Source of the DNA: Mycolicibacterium smegmatis
GTDB taxonomy: Bacteria; Actinomycetota; Actinomycetes; Mycobacteriales; Mycobacteriaceae
Direction of reading: 5' to 3'
DNA: 32,000 nt
NCBI RefSeq assembly: GCF_001457595.1
Contig: NZ_LN831039.1
Coordinates: 1,200,001-1,232,000 of the forward strand
Below the pieces are notes generated by a model. That model was not told the DNA's origin. It made no database searches and was given only the letters and a program-made list of their open reading frames with translations. The position numbers and the translations under genes were made by a program. Of this stretch, positions 17,708 to 26,198 are shown in pieces (position 1 is the first letter of the stretch; each line of letters begins with the position of its first letter).

Positions 17708-19135
17708 GTGCCATATTTCTTTGATGGTGAACAGTGGGTGCAAACCTCCGCCCAGGCCGCGGAAGGCATGTCCGCCTACGAGGTCGCGGTAGCCAACGGC
17801 TTCGAGGGGACCGAATCAGAGTGGTTGGACTCCCTTGTCGGAGAACAGGGTCCACAGGGCGAGACTGGTCCGCAAGGTGAGACCGGCTCACAGGGCGAGC
17901 AAGGCCCGCAAGGTGATCCCGGCAAGTCCGCCTACCAGGTCGCGGTAGACGAGGGTTTTGAGGGGGACGAGGAGGCCTGGCTGGAAAGCCTGGTCGGTCC
18001 CCAAGGTGAGCAAGGCCCCCAGGGTGTTCAGGGTGAACCCGGAGCCAAGGGTGACAAGGGCGATACCGGCGAAAAGGGCGACCAAGGAGATCCCGGCCTG
18101 TCGGCGTACGAGGTCGCTCTCGACAACGGCTTTGAGGGCACCGAGTCGGAGTGGCTCGACTCACTCGTGGGGGAGCAAGGGCCGCAGGGTGAGCAGGGCC
18201 CCAAGGGTGACCAGGGCGATCCTGGAACGCAGGGCGAACAGGGACCCCAGGGCGATCCCGGCCTGTCGGCCTACGAAGTGGCTGTGGACAACGGCTTCGA
18301 GGGCGATGAAGAGGATTGGCTGGAATCTCTCGTCGGCCCGCAGGGCGAACCGGGGGAGCAGGGTCCCCAGGGCGAGCAGGGCCCTCAGGGCATTCAGGGT
18401 GAGACCGGACCGCAGGGTGATCCGGGTCCGTCCGCTTATGAAGTCGCACTGGACAATGGGTTTGAGGGCGACGAAGAGGATTGGCTGGAGTCGTTGGTGG
18501 GCCCCGAGGGGCCGAAGGGCGATGCCGGCGAGCAGGGGCCGAAGGGTGATCCTGGTGAGCCTGGCGAGCAGGGGCCTCAAGGCGATCCCGGCATGTCCGC
18601 CTATGAGGTGGCCGTCGATGAGGGTTTCGAAGGCACTGAAGAGGAGTGGCTGGAATCCCTGAAGGCTGACGGCATTCCGTGGCCGGATGAAGAGGGCACC
18701 GAGGGTCAGGTCCTGTCTTATGACGGGGACGGCGGGGTTGAGTGGATTGACCCACCCGAGGGTGGCGGGGGCGGTGGTGGGGCCCTACAGATCCCCTACG
18801 ACATGACCTGGACGCTGTACCTTGCACCAGGAACCGGGTCAACCAGCACCCCCTACCAGGCGTTCGAGGCAGTTATTGCGCGCGACTTCCACCTCGAAGA
18901 GGTTTCGATGCGGTATCTCACCGACACCAACCGAACAGCCACTCTTAGGCGCAACGACTCGTCACTGTCGGGCGAAACCTTGTCGCTGACTGGCAATGGG
19001 TCTTTTCAAACCGTTTACAGGAACATGAATTTAGATCTCGAACATGGGGAGAGTTTTGGAGCTGGCCTCAGTAGCACCGCCAATGTCCGCTGGGTGGTGA
19101 TCACCCTTCGCGGATACACCACAATCGACCTGTAA
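17708..19135 (+). CDS. Modular collagen-like fibre protein with six SAYEVAV-type knots and a C-terminal globular domain
   Basis: 475 aa from GTG 17708. Six copies of SAYEVA(V/L)xxGFEGxExEWLxSL(V/K)G alternate with five G-X-Y runs. A G7 linker and a 140-aa non-repetitive C-terminal domain follow. Confidence 0.8.
   Translation: MPYFFDGEQWVQTSAQAAEGMSAYEVAVANGFEGTESEWLDSLVGEQGPQGETGPQGETGSQGEQGPQGDPGKSAYQVAVDEGFEGDEEAWLESLVGPQGEQGPQGVQGEPGAKGDKGDTGEKGDQGDPGLSAYEVALDNGFEGTESEWLDSLVGEQGPQGEQGPKGDQGDPGTQGEQGPQGDPGLSAYEVAVDNGFEGDEEDWLESLVGPQGEPGEQGPQGEQGPQGIQGETGPQGDPGPSAYEVALDNGFEGDEEDWLESLVGPEGPKGDAGEQGPKGDPGEPGEQGPQGDPGMSAYEVAVDEGFEGTEEEWLESLKADGIPWPDEEGTEGQVLSYDGDGGVEWIDPPEGGGGGGGALQIPYDMTWTLYLAPGTGSTSTPYQAFEAVIARDFHLEEVSMRYLTDTNRTATLRRNDSSLSGETLSLTGNGSFQTVYRNMNLDLEHGESFGAGLSSTANVRWVVITLRGYTTIDL
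17771..18664 (+). repeat. Tandem 52-58 codon modules (knot plus about 10 G-X-Y triplets), 5.4 copies
   Basis: Repeat units were counted from the translation. Unit lengths are 52, 58, 55, 55 and 55 aa, plus a terminal knot. Confidence 0.85.
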
Positions 19136-19144
19136 GGAATCCCA

Positions 19145-19555
19145 ATGGCTTTGACCTACTTCGCCGTCACCGGCACCCTCCACGCTCTCATCTCCGACTC
19201 CTCCACGGACGACGACGGCAACCCGGATGTCCAGTACATCTCCTGCTTTGTGGACTTCGCTCCCAGTGTGCGGCAAGTCCATTCGTCCACCGACAACATC
19301 GTGTACCGGCTCCAGACGATCCGTGGCCGCACCAGCGTGGACGACGGTGAACTGAAAACCATCGACGGCAACACCCTCACGCTGGTCGCCAACTCTGCCG
19401 CCCTCGACCTGGAGGCCCTGTACTACACGGTCACCTTCTCCAACGTCGTCTACGACGGCAAGCGGGACCAGGTGATCGAAGGGTTCCGGTTCCTCGCCCC
19501 GACCGACGACACGGCCATTGACCTGTCCACGGTCGAAAGGCTGCCTCTGAAGTGA
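19145..19555 (+). CDS. Hypothetical phage protein following the fibre gene
   Basis: 136-aa ORF. Its stop overlaps the next GTG (GTGA). No motif recognised. Confidence 0.5.
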   Translation: MALTYFAVTGTLHALISDSSTDDDGNPDVQYISCFVDFAPSVRQVHSSTDNIVYRLQTIRGRTSVDDGELKTIDGNTLTLVANSAALDLEALYYTVTFSNVVYDGKRDQVIEGFRFLAPTDDTAIDLSTVERLPLK

Positions 19556-20178
19556 GCGTGGCCATCGGCGTTGTCGCCCACTGGAAACGGGCGGACATGG
19601 CCCAGGCCCTCGCCGAACAGGTCTCAGCCTCCTTCGTGTCCGTTGACGATGGCACCCTGGGGGCTGAGGCCAACCACCTACAAGTGTGGAAACACCTGGC
19701 CGACATGGGAACCACCCACTGCTGTGTGCTGGAAGACGACGCCGTCCCGGTTGATGGTTTCCGCGACCAGCTGGACCAGGCCATCGAAGTTGCACCGGCA
19801 CCCGTGGTGTCGCTGTACTTGGGTCGCAGCCGCCCACCGCAGTGGCAGCCCAAGATCTACCGGGCGATAGAGAAGGCTGACGACGACACCTGCTGGATAG
19901 TCGGCACCCATCTCCTCCACGCGGTCGGGGTGGTTATCCCTACCGACTTGGTGCAGTCGATGACCAGCCACCGGACGAACCTGCCCATCGATCAGTCGAT
20001 CTCGCTGTGGGCAAGGGTGCGTGGACACAGGGTGGCGTACACCGTTCCTTCGCTTGTCGATCACCTGGACGGCCCCACTCTGATCCAGCACCCGGACGGG
20101 AAGCCGAGGCCGGCGGGCCGAGTGGCCTGGCAAGTGGGCACCCGAAACAAATGGACCGATAAGGCGGTGAACCTGTAA
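19552..20178 (+). CDS. GT-A-type glycosyltransferase-like protein (resembles family GT25)
   Basis: LGAEANHLQVWKHLADMGTTHCCVLEDDAVPVDGF resembles the GT25 core (G..GC..SH...W........ILEDD......F), with EDD as the DxD-like motif. This assignment is from memory and needs a profile search. Confidence 0.5.
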   Translation: MSVAIGVVAHWKRADMAQALAEQVSASFVSVDDGTLGAEANHLQVWKHLADMGTTHCCVLEDDAVPVDGFRDQLDQAIEVAPAPVVSLYLGRSRPPQWQPKIYRAIEKADDDTCWIVGTHLLHAVGVVIPTDLVQSMTSHRTNLPIDQSISLWARVRGHRVAYTVPSLVDHLDGPTLIQHPDGKPRPAGRVAWQVGTRNKWTDKAVNL

Positions 20179-20429
20179 TGGCGTGGAAAGTTGACGCCCC
20201 CGGTTCTTGCATTTCCCGGCGGACAAAAACAATCGTCATGAAAAGGGACCGCGGCGAATGCCAGCTCGGATATGAAGGCTGCGATGTCACCGTGGGAATC
20301 GAATTCGACCACATTGTCTCCGTGAAGGCGATGAAAATTGCCCGCGTGAACGCTGACGACCCGGAACTCATTCAGCTGGCCTGTGTCCCGTGTCACCGGA
20401 AAAAGGGCTCTTCGCACTTGACGGTGTAG
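20178..20429 (+). pseudogene. HNH endonuclease gene, 5' part, interrupted by IS insertion after codon 76
   Basis: CQLGYEGC...EFDHIVSVKA...NADDPELIQLACVPCHRKK is an HNH core with flanking CxxC pairs. From 20406 the ORF reads into the IS inverted repeat (GSSHLTV stop). Confidence 0.85.
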
Positions 20430-20469
20430 AGACGATCAGCTGCTTTCGCGCTGTGATCGAGGGGTCTGG

Positions 20470-21222
20470 TTGGCTTGGGGTGTGCCGGAGAAGAAGCGGA
20501 AGAGCAAGAGGAAGAGCGGAGTGTCCGGGGGCAGTGTGGACCTGGCGTTGCTGCAGAAGCTAATGGCCGACGCTGGTCGGAACGTGTTCGCGGGAATGTT
20601 CGATGAGCCGACGCCCGAGGTGCGGGCGGTGCCGGATCGTGCGCGGGGCTTCCGGGTGCGCGTCGACCTGATGTACGCCAAGCCGCCGATCTGGCGTCGG
20701 CTGGACCTGCCGGGCGACCTCATGCTCGATGAGCTCCATGTTGTGCTGCAGGTCGTTATGGGCTGGCAGGACAGTCATCTGCATAAGTTCGGTGTCGGGG
20801 CGGACCGGCGGACCCGTGCCTACTTCGTCACCGGGTTTGATCTCAGCGAAGGCGACGACGGTGTCGTCGAGGACAGCGTGCGCCTCGATCAGGTGGTGTC
20901 CGATAAGGGCGAGCGGTTGTTCTACGATTACGACTTCGGCGACGGATGGGACCACGTGCTCGTGGTCGAAGACGTTTTCGATGATCCGCCCCCGGCTGCG
21001 GTGTGTCTGACGGGAAAGATGGCCTGTCCGCCGGAGGACTGTGGTGGCCTGGGCGGCTATGAGGAGTTGGCTGCGTGGGTTCGCGGCGGGTACGACCCGC
21101 GGGAAACGCCGATGGGACTCGGTGCGCAGGAGATGAGGGACTGGCTGCCCCGGGGCTGGCACCCCGACCGTTTCTCGGTGGCCGAGACCAATGACGCTCT
21201 GGCCGCGTTGAACACGCGTTGA
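20470..21222 (+). CDS. tnpR: pRiA4b ORF-3-like protein (IS1096 TnpR-like accessory protein)
   Basis: FRVRVDLMYAKPPIWRRLDLPGDLMLDELHVVLQVVMGWQDSHLHKF...YDYDFGDGWDH...CPPEDCGG are the hallmark motifs of the PRiA4_ORF3 family. Confidence 0.8.
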   Translation: MAWGVPEKKRKSKRKSGVSGGSVDLALLQKLMADAGRNVFAGMFDEPTPEVRAVPDRARGFRVRVDLMYAKPPIWRRLDLPGDLMLDELHVVLQVVMGWQDSHLHKFGVGADRRTRAYFVTGFDLSEGDDGVVEDSVRLDQVVSDKGERLFYDYDFGDGWDHVLVVEDVFDDPPPAAVCLTGKMACPPEDCGGLGGYEELAAWVRGGYDPRETPMGLGAQEMRDWLPRGWHPDRFSVAETNDALAALNTR

Positions 21223-21229
21223 GGATTCT

Positions 21230-22552
21230 TCACCGCCGAGGTTGACGGAGCTGGGTTCGGAAGCCTCCGGTCTCGAGCAGGGACCGGGCGATGTAGTTGG
21301 TGAGGTTGCGGAAGCCCAGGGCGGATCCGCGCAGGTGTTCGAGGCGGCCGTTGATCGCTTCGGTCGGCCCGTTGGAGGTGCCGGGGCGGTCGAAGTAGGC
21401 CAGGACGTCGGCGGCACGCTTCTTCAGTGTCCGCCCGAGGGTGATCAGCTCGGTCAGCGACGTGGGGACGCCTGTGCTCAGCGTGGTGATCAGTGCAGCC
21501 ATCATGGTGCGGCCCTTGGTGCGGTCTGGTTCGCGGTAGGCGGCCACGGTGCGTTGATACATCGCCCAGGTGGCCTCGATCTCGGCGTGCGCGTTGGCGG
21601 CGAACAGTGCGGCCAGTCGGGCTTTCTGGCGGTCGGTGAGCAGGTCGGCCCCGGTGTGCAGGGTGCGTCGCGATCGGTAGAGCGGGTCGGTGCTGCGGCC
21701 GCGGTGCCCGCAGGTGGCCAGCTGCACGCGGCGTCGGCACTCGTCGAGGGCGTTGCCGGCCAGGCGGACCACGTGGAAGGGGTCCATCACCGTGGCCGCG
21801 TCAGGCAGTTCTTCGGTGGCGGCGGTCTTGAACCCGGAGAACCCGTCCATGGCAACAACGTCCACACGATCACGCCACTCCTGTGGCCGCTGTGCCAGCC
21901 AGTCGGCGAACGCCTTCTTGGAGCGGCCCTCCACCATGTCGAGCAGCCGTGCGGGGCCGGTCCCGTCACGCACGGGCGTGAGATCGATGATGACGGTGAC
22001 GTACTTGTCGCCGCGGCGAGTGTGCCGCCACACGTGCTCATCGACGCCGATCACCGCGACGCCATCGAACCGGGCCGGATCGGCGATGAGCACCCGCTGA
22101 CCTTCGGCGAGCACGGCGTTGTTGGCAGTGTTCCACGACACCGCAAGCGCCTCGGCGACCCGGGCCACCGACAGGTGTTGGCAGACAAGGGCTTCCAGCG
22201 CCCACCGCAGAGCACGCCGGGACAGCCTGGCCCGCGGTTCGGCTGCGGCGCTGGCATCCTGGCGCCACACATGAGCGCAGCCGGCGCAACGGTAACGGCG
22301 GATCGTGACCAGCAAAGCCGTGGGTCGCCACCCGAACGGTTCATGAGCCAACGTGCGAGTCACGCTGTCACGTACAACGCCTTCTTCGCCGCAGCGGCGG
22401 CACCACCGATCCTCATCGGCGACCCGGCACGCCAGCACGGCCCGATCAGGGTCGAGGCGTTGGCCGGTCACCTCCAACCCGAGCTCGTCGAGGCGGCAGA
22501 AAGTCGTCAGGTCAGCGCAGGCGAAGCCCGCCCGACCGGTAGCGTCAGGCAC
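21230..22552 (-). CDS. tnpA: ISL3-family transposase
   Basis: 440 aa. N-terminal zinc-finger region (CRRCGEEG...YRCAGC), the DDE core region and the C-terminal NGPTEAINGRLEHLRGSALGFRNLTNYIARSLL are typical of ISL3 transposases. Confidence 0.9.
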   Translation of the reverse strand: MPDATGRAGFACADLTTFCRLDELGLEVTGQRLDPDRAVLACRVADEDRWCRRCGEEGVVRDSVTRTLAHEPFGWRPTALLVTIRRYRCAGCAHVWRQDASAAAEPRARLSRRALRWALEALVCQHLSVARVAEALAVSWNTANNAVLAEGQRVLIADPARFDGVAVIGVDEHVWRHTRRGDKYVTVIIDLTPVRDGTGPARLLDMVEGRSKKAFADWLAQRPQEWRDRVDVVAMDGFSGFKTAATEELPDAATVMDPFHVVRLAGNALDECRRRVQLATCGHRGRSTDPLYRSRRTLHTGADLLTDRQKARLAALFAANAHAEIEATWAMYQRTVAAYREPDRTKGRTMMAALITTLSTGVPTSLTELITLGRTLKKRAADVLAYFDRPGTSNGPTEAINGRLEHLRGSALGFRNLTNYIARSLLETGGFRTQLRQPRR

Positions 22553-22662
22553 GTCGAGGTCTTTCAGATGGATGGCGTAGGAACCTCCATCATCGGAAGA
22601 CCTCGACCCCTATCCCGGCACCGACGCGCCGACGACCTCTACACCCTCAACTGCGAAGAGCC

Positions 22663-22745
22663 GGAAAAAGACTCAGAGGGAGGCGTGGGAGGGCCGCAAT
22701 AAATGGCGACGGAAACCAATGCCTCACCCTGGTCTTGCGAAATAG
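22663..22745 (+). pseudogene. Displaced 3' end of the HNH endonuclease gene
   Basis: Joining 20405 to 22671 restores ...CHRKK-TQREAWEGRNKWRRKPMPHPGLAK-stop (TAG 22743-22745), the usual basic ...HPG tail of phage HNH proteins. The reconstructed gene is 100 codons. Confidence 0.75.
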
Positions 22746-22771
22746 CTGAACAGCTGATTTGACGAATTCAA

Positions 22772-22780
22772 TGTTATAAT
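22772..22780 (+). promoter_or_regulatory. Extended -10 promoter element (TGTTATAAT)
   Basis: A perfect TGn-TATAAT in a short AT-rich spacer, 27 nt upstream of ATG 22807. Confidence 0.5.
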
Positions 22781-22806
22781 CAGCAGTAGGAGAAGGTTTT
22801 CTTTCT

Positions 22807-23025
22807 ATGAAATTCACTTGCCTCTGTGGCCACTCAATGGGTGAACATCCCGGTGGGAATTCCTGCCAGGAACCGACCGGCCGCTGCCAATGCCAGCAAG
22901 CCATCTGGCTTTGCCCCAAGTGTCAGCACGCCAAGACCACCCACGAGAACGGTCCCTGTGTCCGCGTTGTTCAACGGACACAAACGCTGTGCCGCTGCGA
23001 GTTCAGCGACTGGCCCACAAGCTAA
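22807..23025 (+). CDS. Cys-rich small protein (72 aa, 11 Cys), moron-like
   Basis: MKFTCLCGHSMGEHPGGNSCQEPTGRCQCQQAIWLCPKCQH...CRC. It is bracketed by its own extended -10 and two downstream hairpins. Confidence 0.55.
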   Translation: MKFTCLCGHSMGEHPGGNSCQEPTGRCQCQQAIWLCPKCQHAKTTHENGPCVRVVQRTQTLCRCEFSDWPTS

Positions 23026-23067
23026 TTGACTCCCCCGCCCGTGCCCTTCTCTCTCCTCCCGGGGGCG

Positions 23068-23102
23068 GGCCGCGCCGAGACGGGTATCTAGAAGGCGCGG
23101 CC
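23068..23102 (+). terminator. Stem-loop after the Cys-rich gene
   Basis: GGCCGCGCC (23068-23076) pairs perfectly with GGCGCGGCC (23094-23102). It is preceded by a second weaker hairpin, CCCGCCC/GGGCGGG (about 23031-23069). Confidence 0.5.
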
Positions 23103-23127
23103 ACTTTCACTTCAGGGAAGCCGCCGA

Positions 23128-23304
23128 ATGGAATTGCCAGATGCCCCGGACGGCTTCCACTGGGTCGTGGTGGGGGTACCCACACAGCCATGGGTGTGGG
23201 TCCACGACTTCGTAGCACACTCCACCAAACGCAAAGTCTTGTGGTCCTACAGGGTGCTGGTAGCGACAGCAGGGGACGCCTGGGCGTACATCGATGAGGA
23301 TTGA
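23128..23304 (+). CDS. Small hypothetical protein (58 aa)
   Basis: It is absent from the ORF track because it is under 60 aa. GGGAAG lies 7 nt upstream of ATG 23128. Translation: [58 protein letters not shown]. It overlaps the glmU-like start by 11 nt. Confidence 0.35.
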   Translation: MELPDAPDGFHWVVVGVPTQPWVWVHDFVAHSTKRKVLWSYRVLVATAGDAWAYIDED

Positions 23305-24562
23305 GACAGCTGCCATCGTCTTGGCCGCAGGCGTCGGGACCCGGATGCAATCCAACACCCCGAAGGTGCTCCACCGGCTGGCCGGGAGAACAATCATCTC
23401 CCATGTCCTGCACGCGGTCTCAACGCTTCGAGCCGACCGCCTGATTGTTGTTCTCGGGTACGAGCGGCATCAGATCCTTCCCGAAGTGGAACAGGTAGCA
23501 GCCGAACTTGGCATAGACCTATGGATCACCGTCCAGGAGCAACAACGAGGCACCGGACATGCCGTTTCCTGCGGCCTGACAGCCCTCCCAGACGACTTTC
23601 ACGGCCGAGTGGTGGTAACACCAGGGGACACACCGCTTCTCGCCCCAGAGACGTTCACAGCGTTGATGGACTGTCCCACCAACACGGTGGTGACCACCAC
23701 CCTGAACGACCCCACCGGATACGGCAGGGTCCTGCGGATGCCCGATGCGGACCTGATCGGGATCGTTGAGCACAGCGACGCCAACACCCACCAGCTCACC
23801 ATCCGCGAAGTCAACGCCGGGATCTACAGCTTCGCCCATGACGGACTCCACACCAGCCTGATGCGGCTGCGGGCCGACAACGCCCAGCGGGAACTGTACC
23901 TACCGGATGTGGTTGGCCTCCTCCGCGAAGACGGCCACAACGTTCACACCCTCCAGGTGGAGCCCGATGTGGTTGCGGGGGTGAACGACCGGGCCCAGTT
24001 GGCTGAAGCCGCGAGGATTCTCAACCGCAGGATCGTCACCGCCCACCAGTTGGCCGGCGTCACAATCACCGACCCGGCAACAACGTGGATCGACCTGGAC
24101 GTGAAGATCGGCCGGGACACCATCATCCACCCCAACACCCACATCCACGGGGACACCAGGATCGGGGCGGGCTGCGAGATCGGCCCCTTTGCCTATGTGC
24201 GGCCAGGAACCCACCTCGGGGACGGCAGCAAGGTCGGGGCGTTCGTGGAGGTGAAGAACTCCACCATCGGCACCGGCACCAAGATCCCACACTTGACCTA
24301 CGTGGGGGACGCAGACATCGGGGACCACACCAACATCGGTGCGGGCACAGTTGTCGCGAACTACGACGGCCAAACGAAACACCGGACCACCATCGGATCG
24401 AACGTGAAGGGCGGGGCGGACACCACCTACGTGGCACCAGTCACTGTTGGGGACAACGCCTACACGGGTGCGGGAACCGTGGTCCGAGAAGACATTCCAC
24501 CGGCACACCTGGCGGTATCGGCCGGGAAGCAACGGAACATCGAGAAGAGGAAGACGTGCTGA
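23294..24562 (+). CDS. glmU: GlmU-like bifunctional GlcNAc-1-P uridyltransferase / GlcN-1-P acetyltransferase (shortened)
   Basis: [44 protein letters not shown] and [11 protein letters not shown] form the uridyltransferase domain. The left-handed beta-helix and [27 protein letters not shown]...[13 protein letters not shown] form the acetyltransferase domain. At 422 aa it is shorter than the mycobacterial GlmU I recall. Confidence 0.9.
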   Translation: MRIETAAIVLAAGVGTRMQSNTPKVLHRLAGRTIISHVLHAVSTLRADRLIVVLGYERHQILPEVEQVAAELGIDLWITVQEQQRGTGHAVSCGLTALPDDFHGRVVVTPGDTPLLAPETFTALMDCPTNTVVTTTLNDPTGYGRVLRMPDADLIGIVEHSDANTHQLTIREVNAGIYSFAHDGLHTSLMRLRADNAQRELYLPDVVGLLREDGHNVHTLQVEPDVVAGVNDRAQLAEAARILNRRIVTAHQLAGVTITDPATTWIDLDVKIGRDTIIHPNTHIHGDTRIGAGCEIGPFAYVRPGTHLGDGSKVGAFVEVKNSTIGTGTKIPHLTYVGDADIGDHTNIGAGTVVANYDGQTKHRTTIGSNVKGGADTTYVAPVTVGDNAYTGAGTVVREDIPPAHLAVSAGKQRNIEKRKTC

Positions 24563-24717
24563 AAGACTTCCTGATGAAGGACGTGATGTCGAGCCCTGTG
24601 TACAAGAGCTTGATCGAGCAAGTGGAGGCTCGCCTCCGTCAGGTGATCCGTGAGGAGCTTGAGCGGGCGGGCCACTGTGGATGCGCGCCTGAAGCGCCGA
24701 GGCCGGGTTGTCACTGA
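24556..24717 (+). CDS. Small hypothetical protein (53 aa)
   Basis: GTG 24556 overlaps the glmU stop. The product is helical with a Cys-containing tail ([14 protein letters not shown]). Weak support. Confidence 0.3.
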   Translation: MLKDFLMKDVMSSPVYKSLIEQVEARLRQVIREELERAGHCGCAPEAPRPGCH

Positions 24718-25571
24718 TCCGCTGACCGCAGGCGCGCCATCCAGGTGTTGAGCAGCTCGGTGATGAACTGTCGCCCTTCTTCCAGGGACATGGGGTTGTT
24801 TATCTCCGCGGTAGATCTGGCATGGCGGGCCTTCTGAGCAGGCACCGTAAACCGGCTGACACCGTTCTTGCTCACTCCCAGCAGTTCGTGAACTGCGTTC
24901 GGCATGGTCTCGTCCTTCTGGATCGAGTCCCGGACAATCTCGTACACGTCATAGAGTTCACGGAAGGTGATTGGATTGGTCCTCCCGAGGATTCCGAGCG
25001 CTTCAGCAACGTCGGGATGGGATCCGGCCAAGGCGGCACGCCCCGGCCAGGGCGATGGCGGGCCAGGGACCTCTGTGCCGTCTGGTCGTCGCTGAGTAAC
25101 CACCGGGACGCCTCCGCGGAGTTCAAGCAAGGCAGGGCGCGGATATATCACTTCTGATCCACCATCGGTGACCCTGCCACCAAGTTCGACCGGTCGGAAC
25201 CCTCTGTGGTGAAGAGCGGCAAGCCCATTCAGGATCGATAGGACCCGCTGGGCCACCGCGTGCGGGTTCTCGCCGTCCGAAGAGTTCTCGATCTCCGGAG
25301 ACGTCAGATAATACCGGCCATCCTCCAGCACCACCCGCGTGTCCCCGGAGTCGAAGAGAACGGCGAGAACCTGAAGATCTGTTCGGTGACCGTCCAACCA
25401 TACCTTGATCCGTGCAGCATCGTGTGTGGGGTCCATCCACTGATCATCGCTCAGGGGTGCGACATCACGCGGACGGATTGTGGTGTGTTCGGTGCCGAGA
25501 GACGAAATGCCCTCCGCCTCAGCGATCTGGTTTCCCGGAAGGTTCGACAATCTGTGGAGGATCCTCGACAC
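24711..25571 (-). CDS. Hypothetical soluble protein (cassette gene D, 286 aa)
   Basis: Long ORF convergent with the glmU operon; the ends overlap by 7 nt. The start is uncertain: GTG 25571 overlaps gene C by 53 nt, and ATG 25436 is the alternative. No motif recognised. Confidence 0.55.
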   Translation of the reverse strand: MSRILHRLSNLPGNQIAEAEGISSLGTEHTTIRPRDVAPLSDDQWMDPTHDAARIKVWLDGHRTDLQVLAVLFDSGDTRVVLEDGRYYLTSPEIENSSDGENPHAVAQRVLSILNGLAALHHRGFRPVELGGRVTDGGSEVIYPRPALLELRGGVPVVTQRRPDGTEVPGPPSPWPGRAALAGSHPDVAEALGILGRTNPITFRELYDVYEIVRDSIQKDETMPNAVHELLGVSKNGVSRFTVPAQKARHARSTAEINNPMSLEEGRQFITELLNTWMARLRSADQ

Positions 25572-26127
25572 CTTCTATCTCGCCTAGCGGACCAGGAAGA
25601 GGATTGTGTTGCTTCTGCGCCGTTGCCAGCGCCCACCGGACCTCTTCGTCTTTGAACTCCAAGGCACGATTCCGCAGATTGCGCAGGCTCCGAAGGAGCA
25701 CGATCCGAGACCACCACGGGTGCCAAGCCAAACCGGTAAGGACCCCGGCGGCATCACGGACCAATGTGTTGAAGTACCCGTTGATCGGACCCGAGTAACC
25801 CTTCAGGTCGGGAAAGTAATCGACGGCATCCTCACTGAGGCCTCGTGCCGCGTGCGCGAGAACGACATAGTGATGCACGGCTTTGCGCGGAATGCGTGCG
25901 ATCAAGGCCGCGGTTTCCAAGTCGTGGACCGCGGTGATGAAGTCCCTAAAGCCGACGTGATCAGGTTCAGTGGCCCACCGTTGGGATTCGGTCTCGCGGA
26001 GGGCCTTGAGGACTGCACTGCGGACCTCTCGGCGCGAGCGGCCACCGCCAAACCAATTGCCGATCAGCGACGCGACTCCCAGGGCGCCCAGAAGTGGGGC
26101 GTACTGCAATAGGTTCTGTACGTTCAT
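25519..26127 (-). CDS. Hypothetical membrane-anchored protein (cassette gene C, 202 aa)
   Basis: One N-terminal hydrophobic helix (LLQYAPLLGALGVASLIGNWFGG) followed by a soluble helical domain. No motif recognised. Confidence 0.55.
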   Translation of the reverse strand: MNVQNLLQYAPLLGALGVASLIGNWFGGGRSRREVRSAVLKALRETESQRWATEPDHVGFRDFITAVHDLETAALIARIPRKAVHHYVVLAHAARGLSEDAVDYFPDLKGYSGPINGYFNTLVRDAAGVLTGLAWHPWWSRIVLLRSLRNLRNRALEFKDEEVRWALATAQKQHNPLPGPLGEIEGVEDPPQIVEPSGKPDR

Positions 26128-26198
26128 GCCGTGAAGGTATCGCCCGCCGACCCGCTGTCGGTCACCGAGGGCTGAAGAACCACCCCCGATGCGGAAGG

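Larger units (their letters stand above)
20406..22662. mobile_element. IS1096-like insertion sequence (ISL3 family), 2257 bp
   Basis: Terminal inverted repeats GGCTCTTCGCACTTGACGGTGTAGAG (20406-20431) and the reverse complement of 22637-22662, GGCTCTTCGCAGTTGAGGGTGTAGAG, match at 24/26. Perfect 8-bp direct repeats GGAAAAAG flank the element at 20398-20405 and 22663-22670. It carries an ISL3 transposase and a pRiA4b-ORF3-like gene, the gene pair I recall for IS1096. Confidence 0.9.

Noticed and set aside
17676-18842. 388-aa Pro/Arg-rich ORF antisense to the collagen-like gene; the same applies to 15899-16777 (minus strand) and frame 0 of 16155-16991 beyond 16270
   Set aside because: G-X-Y coding repeats (GGN CCN ...) lack stop codons in several frames. 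These translations (PRHP..., LTLGAG..., KVRKV...) are by-products of the repeat.
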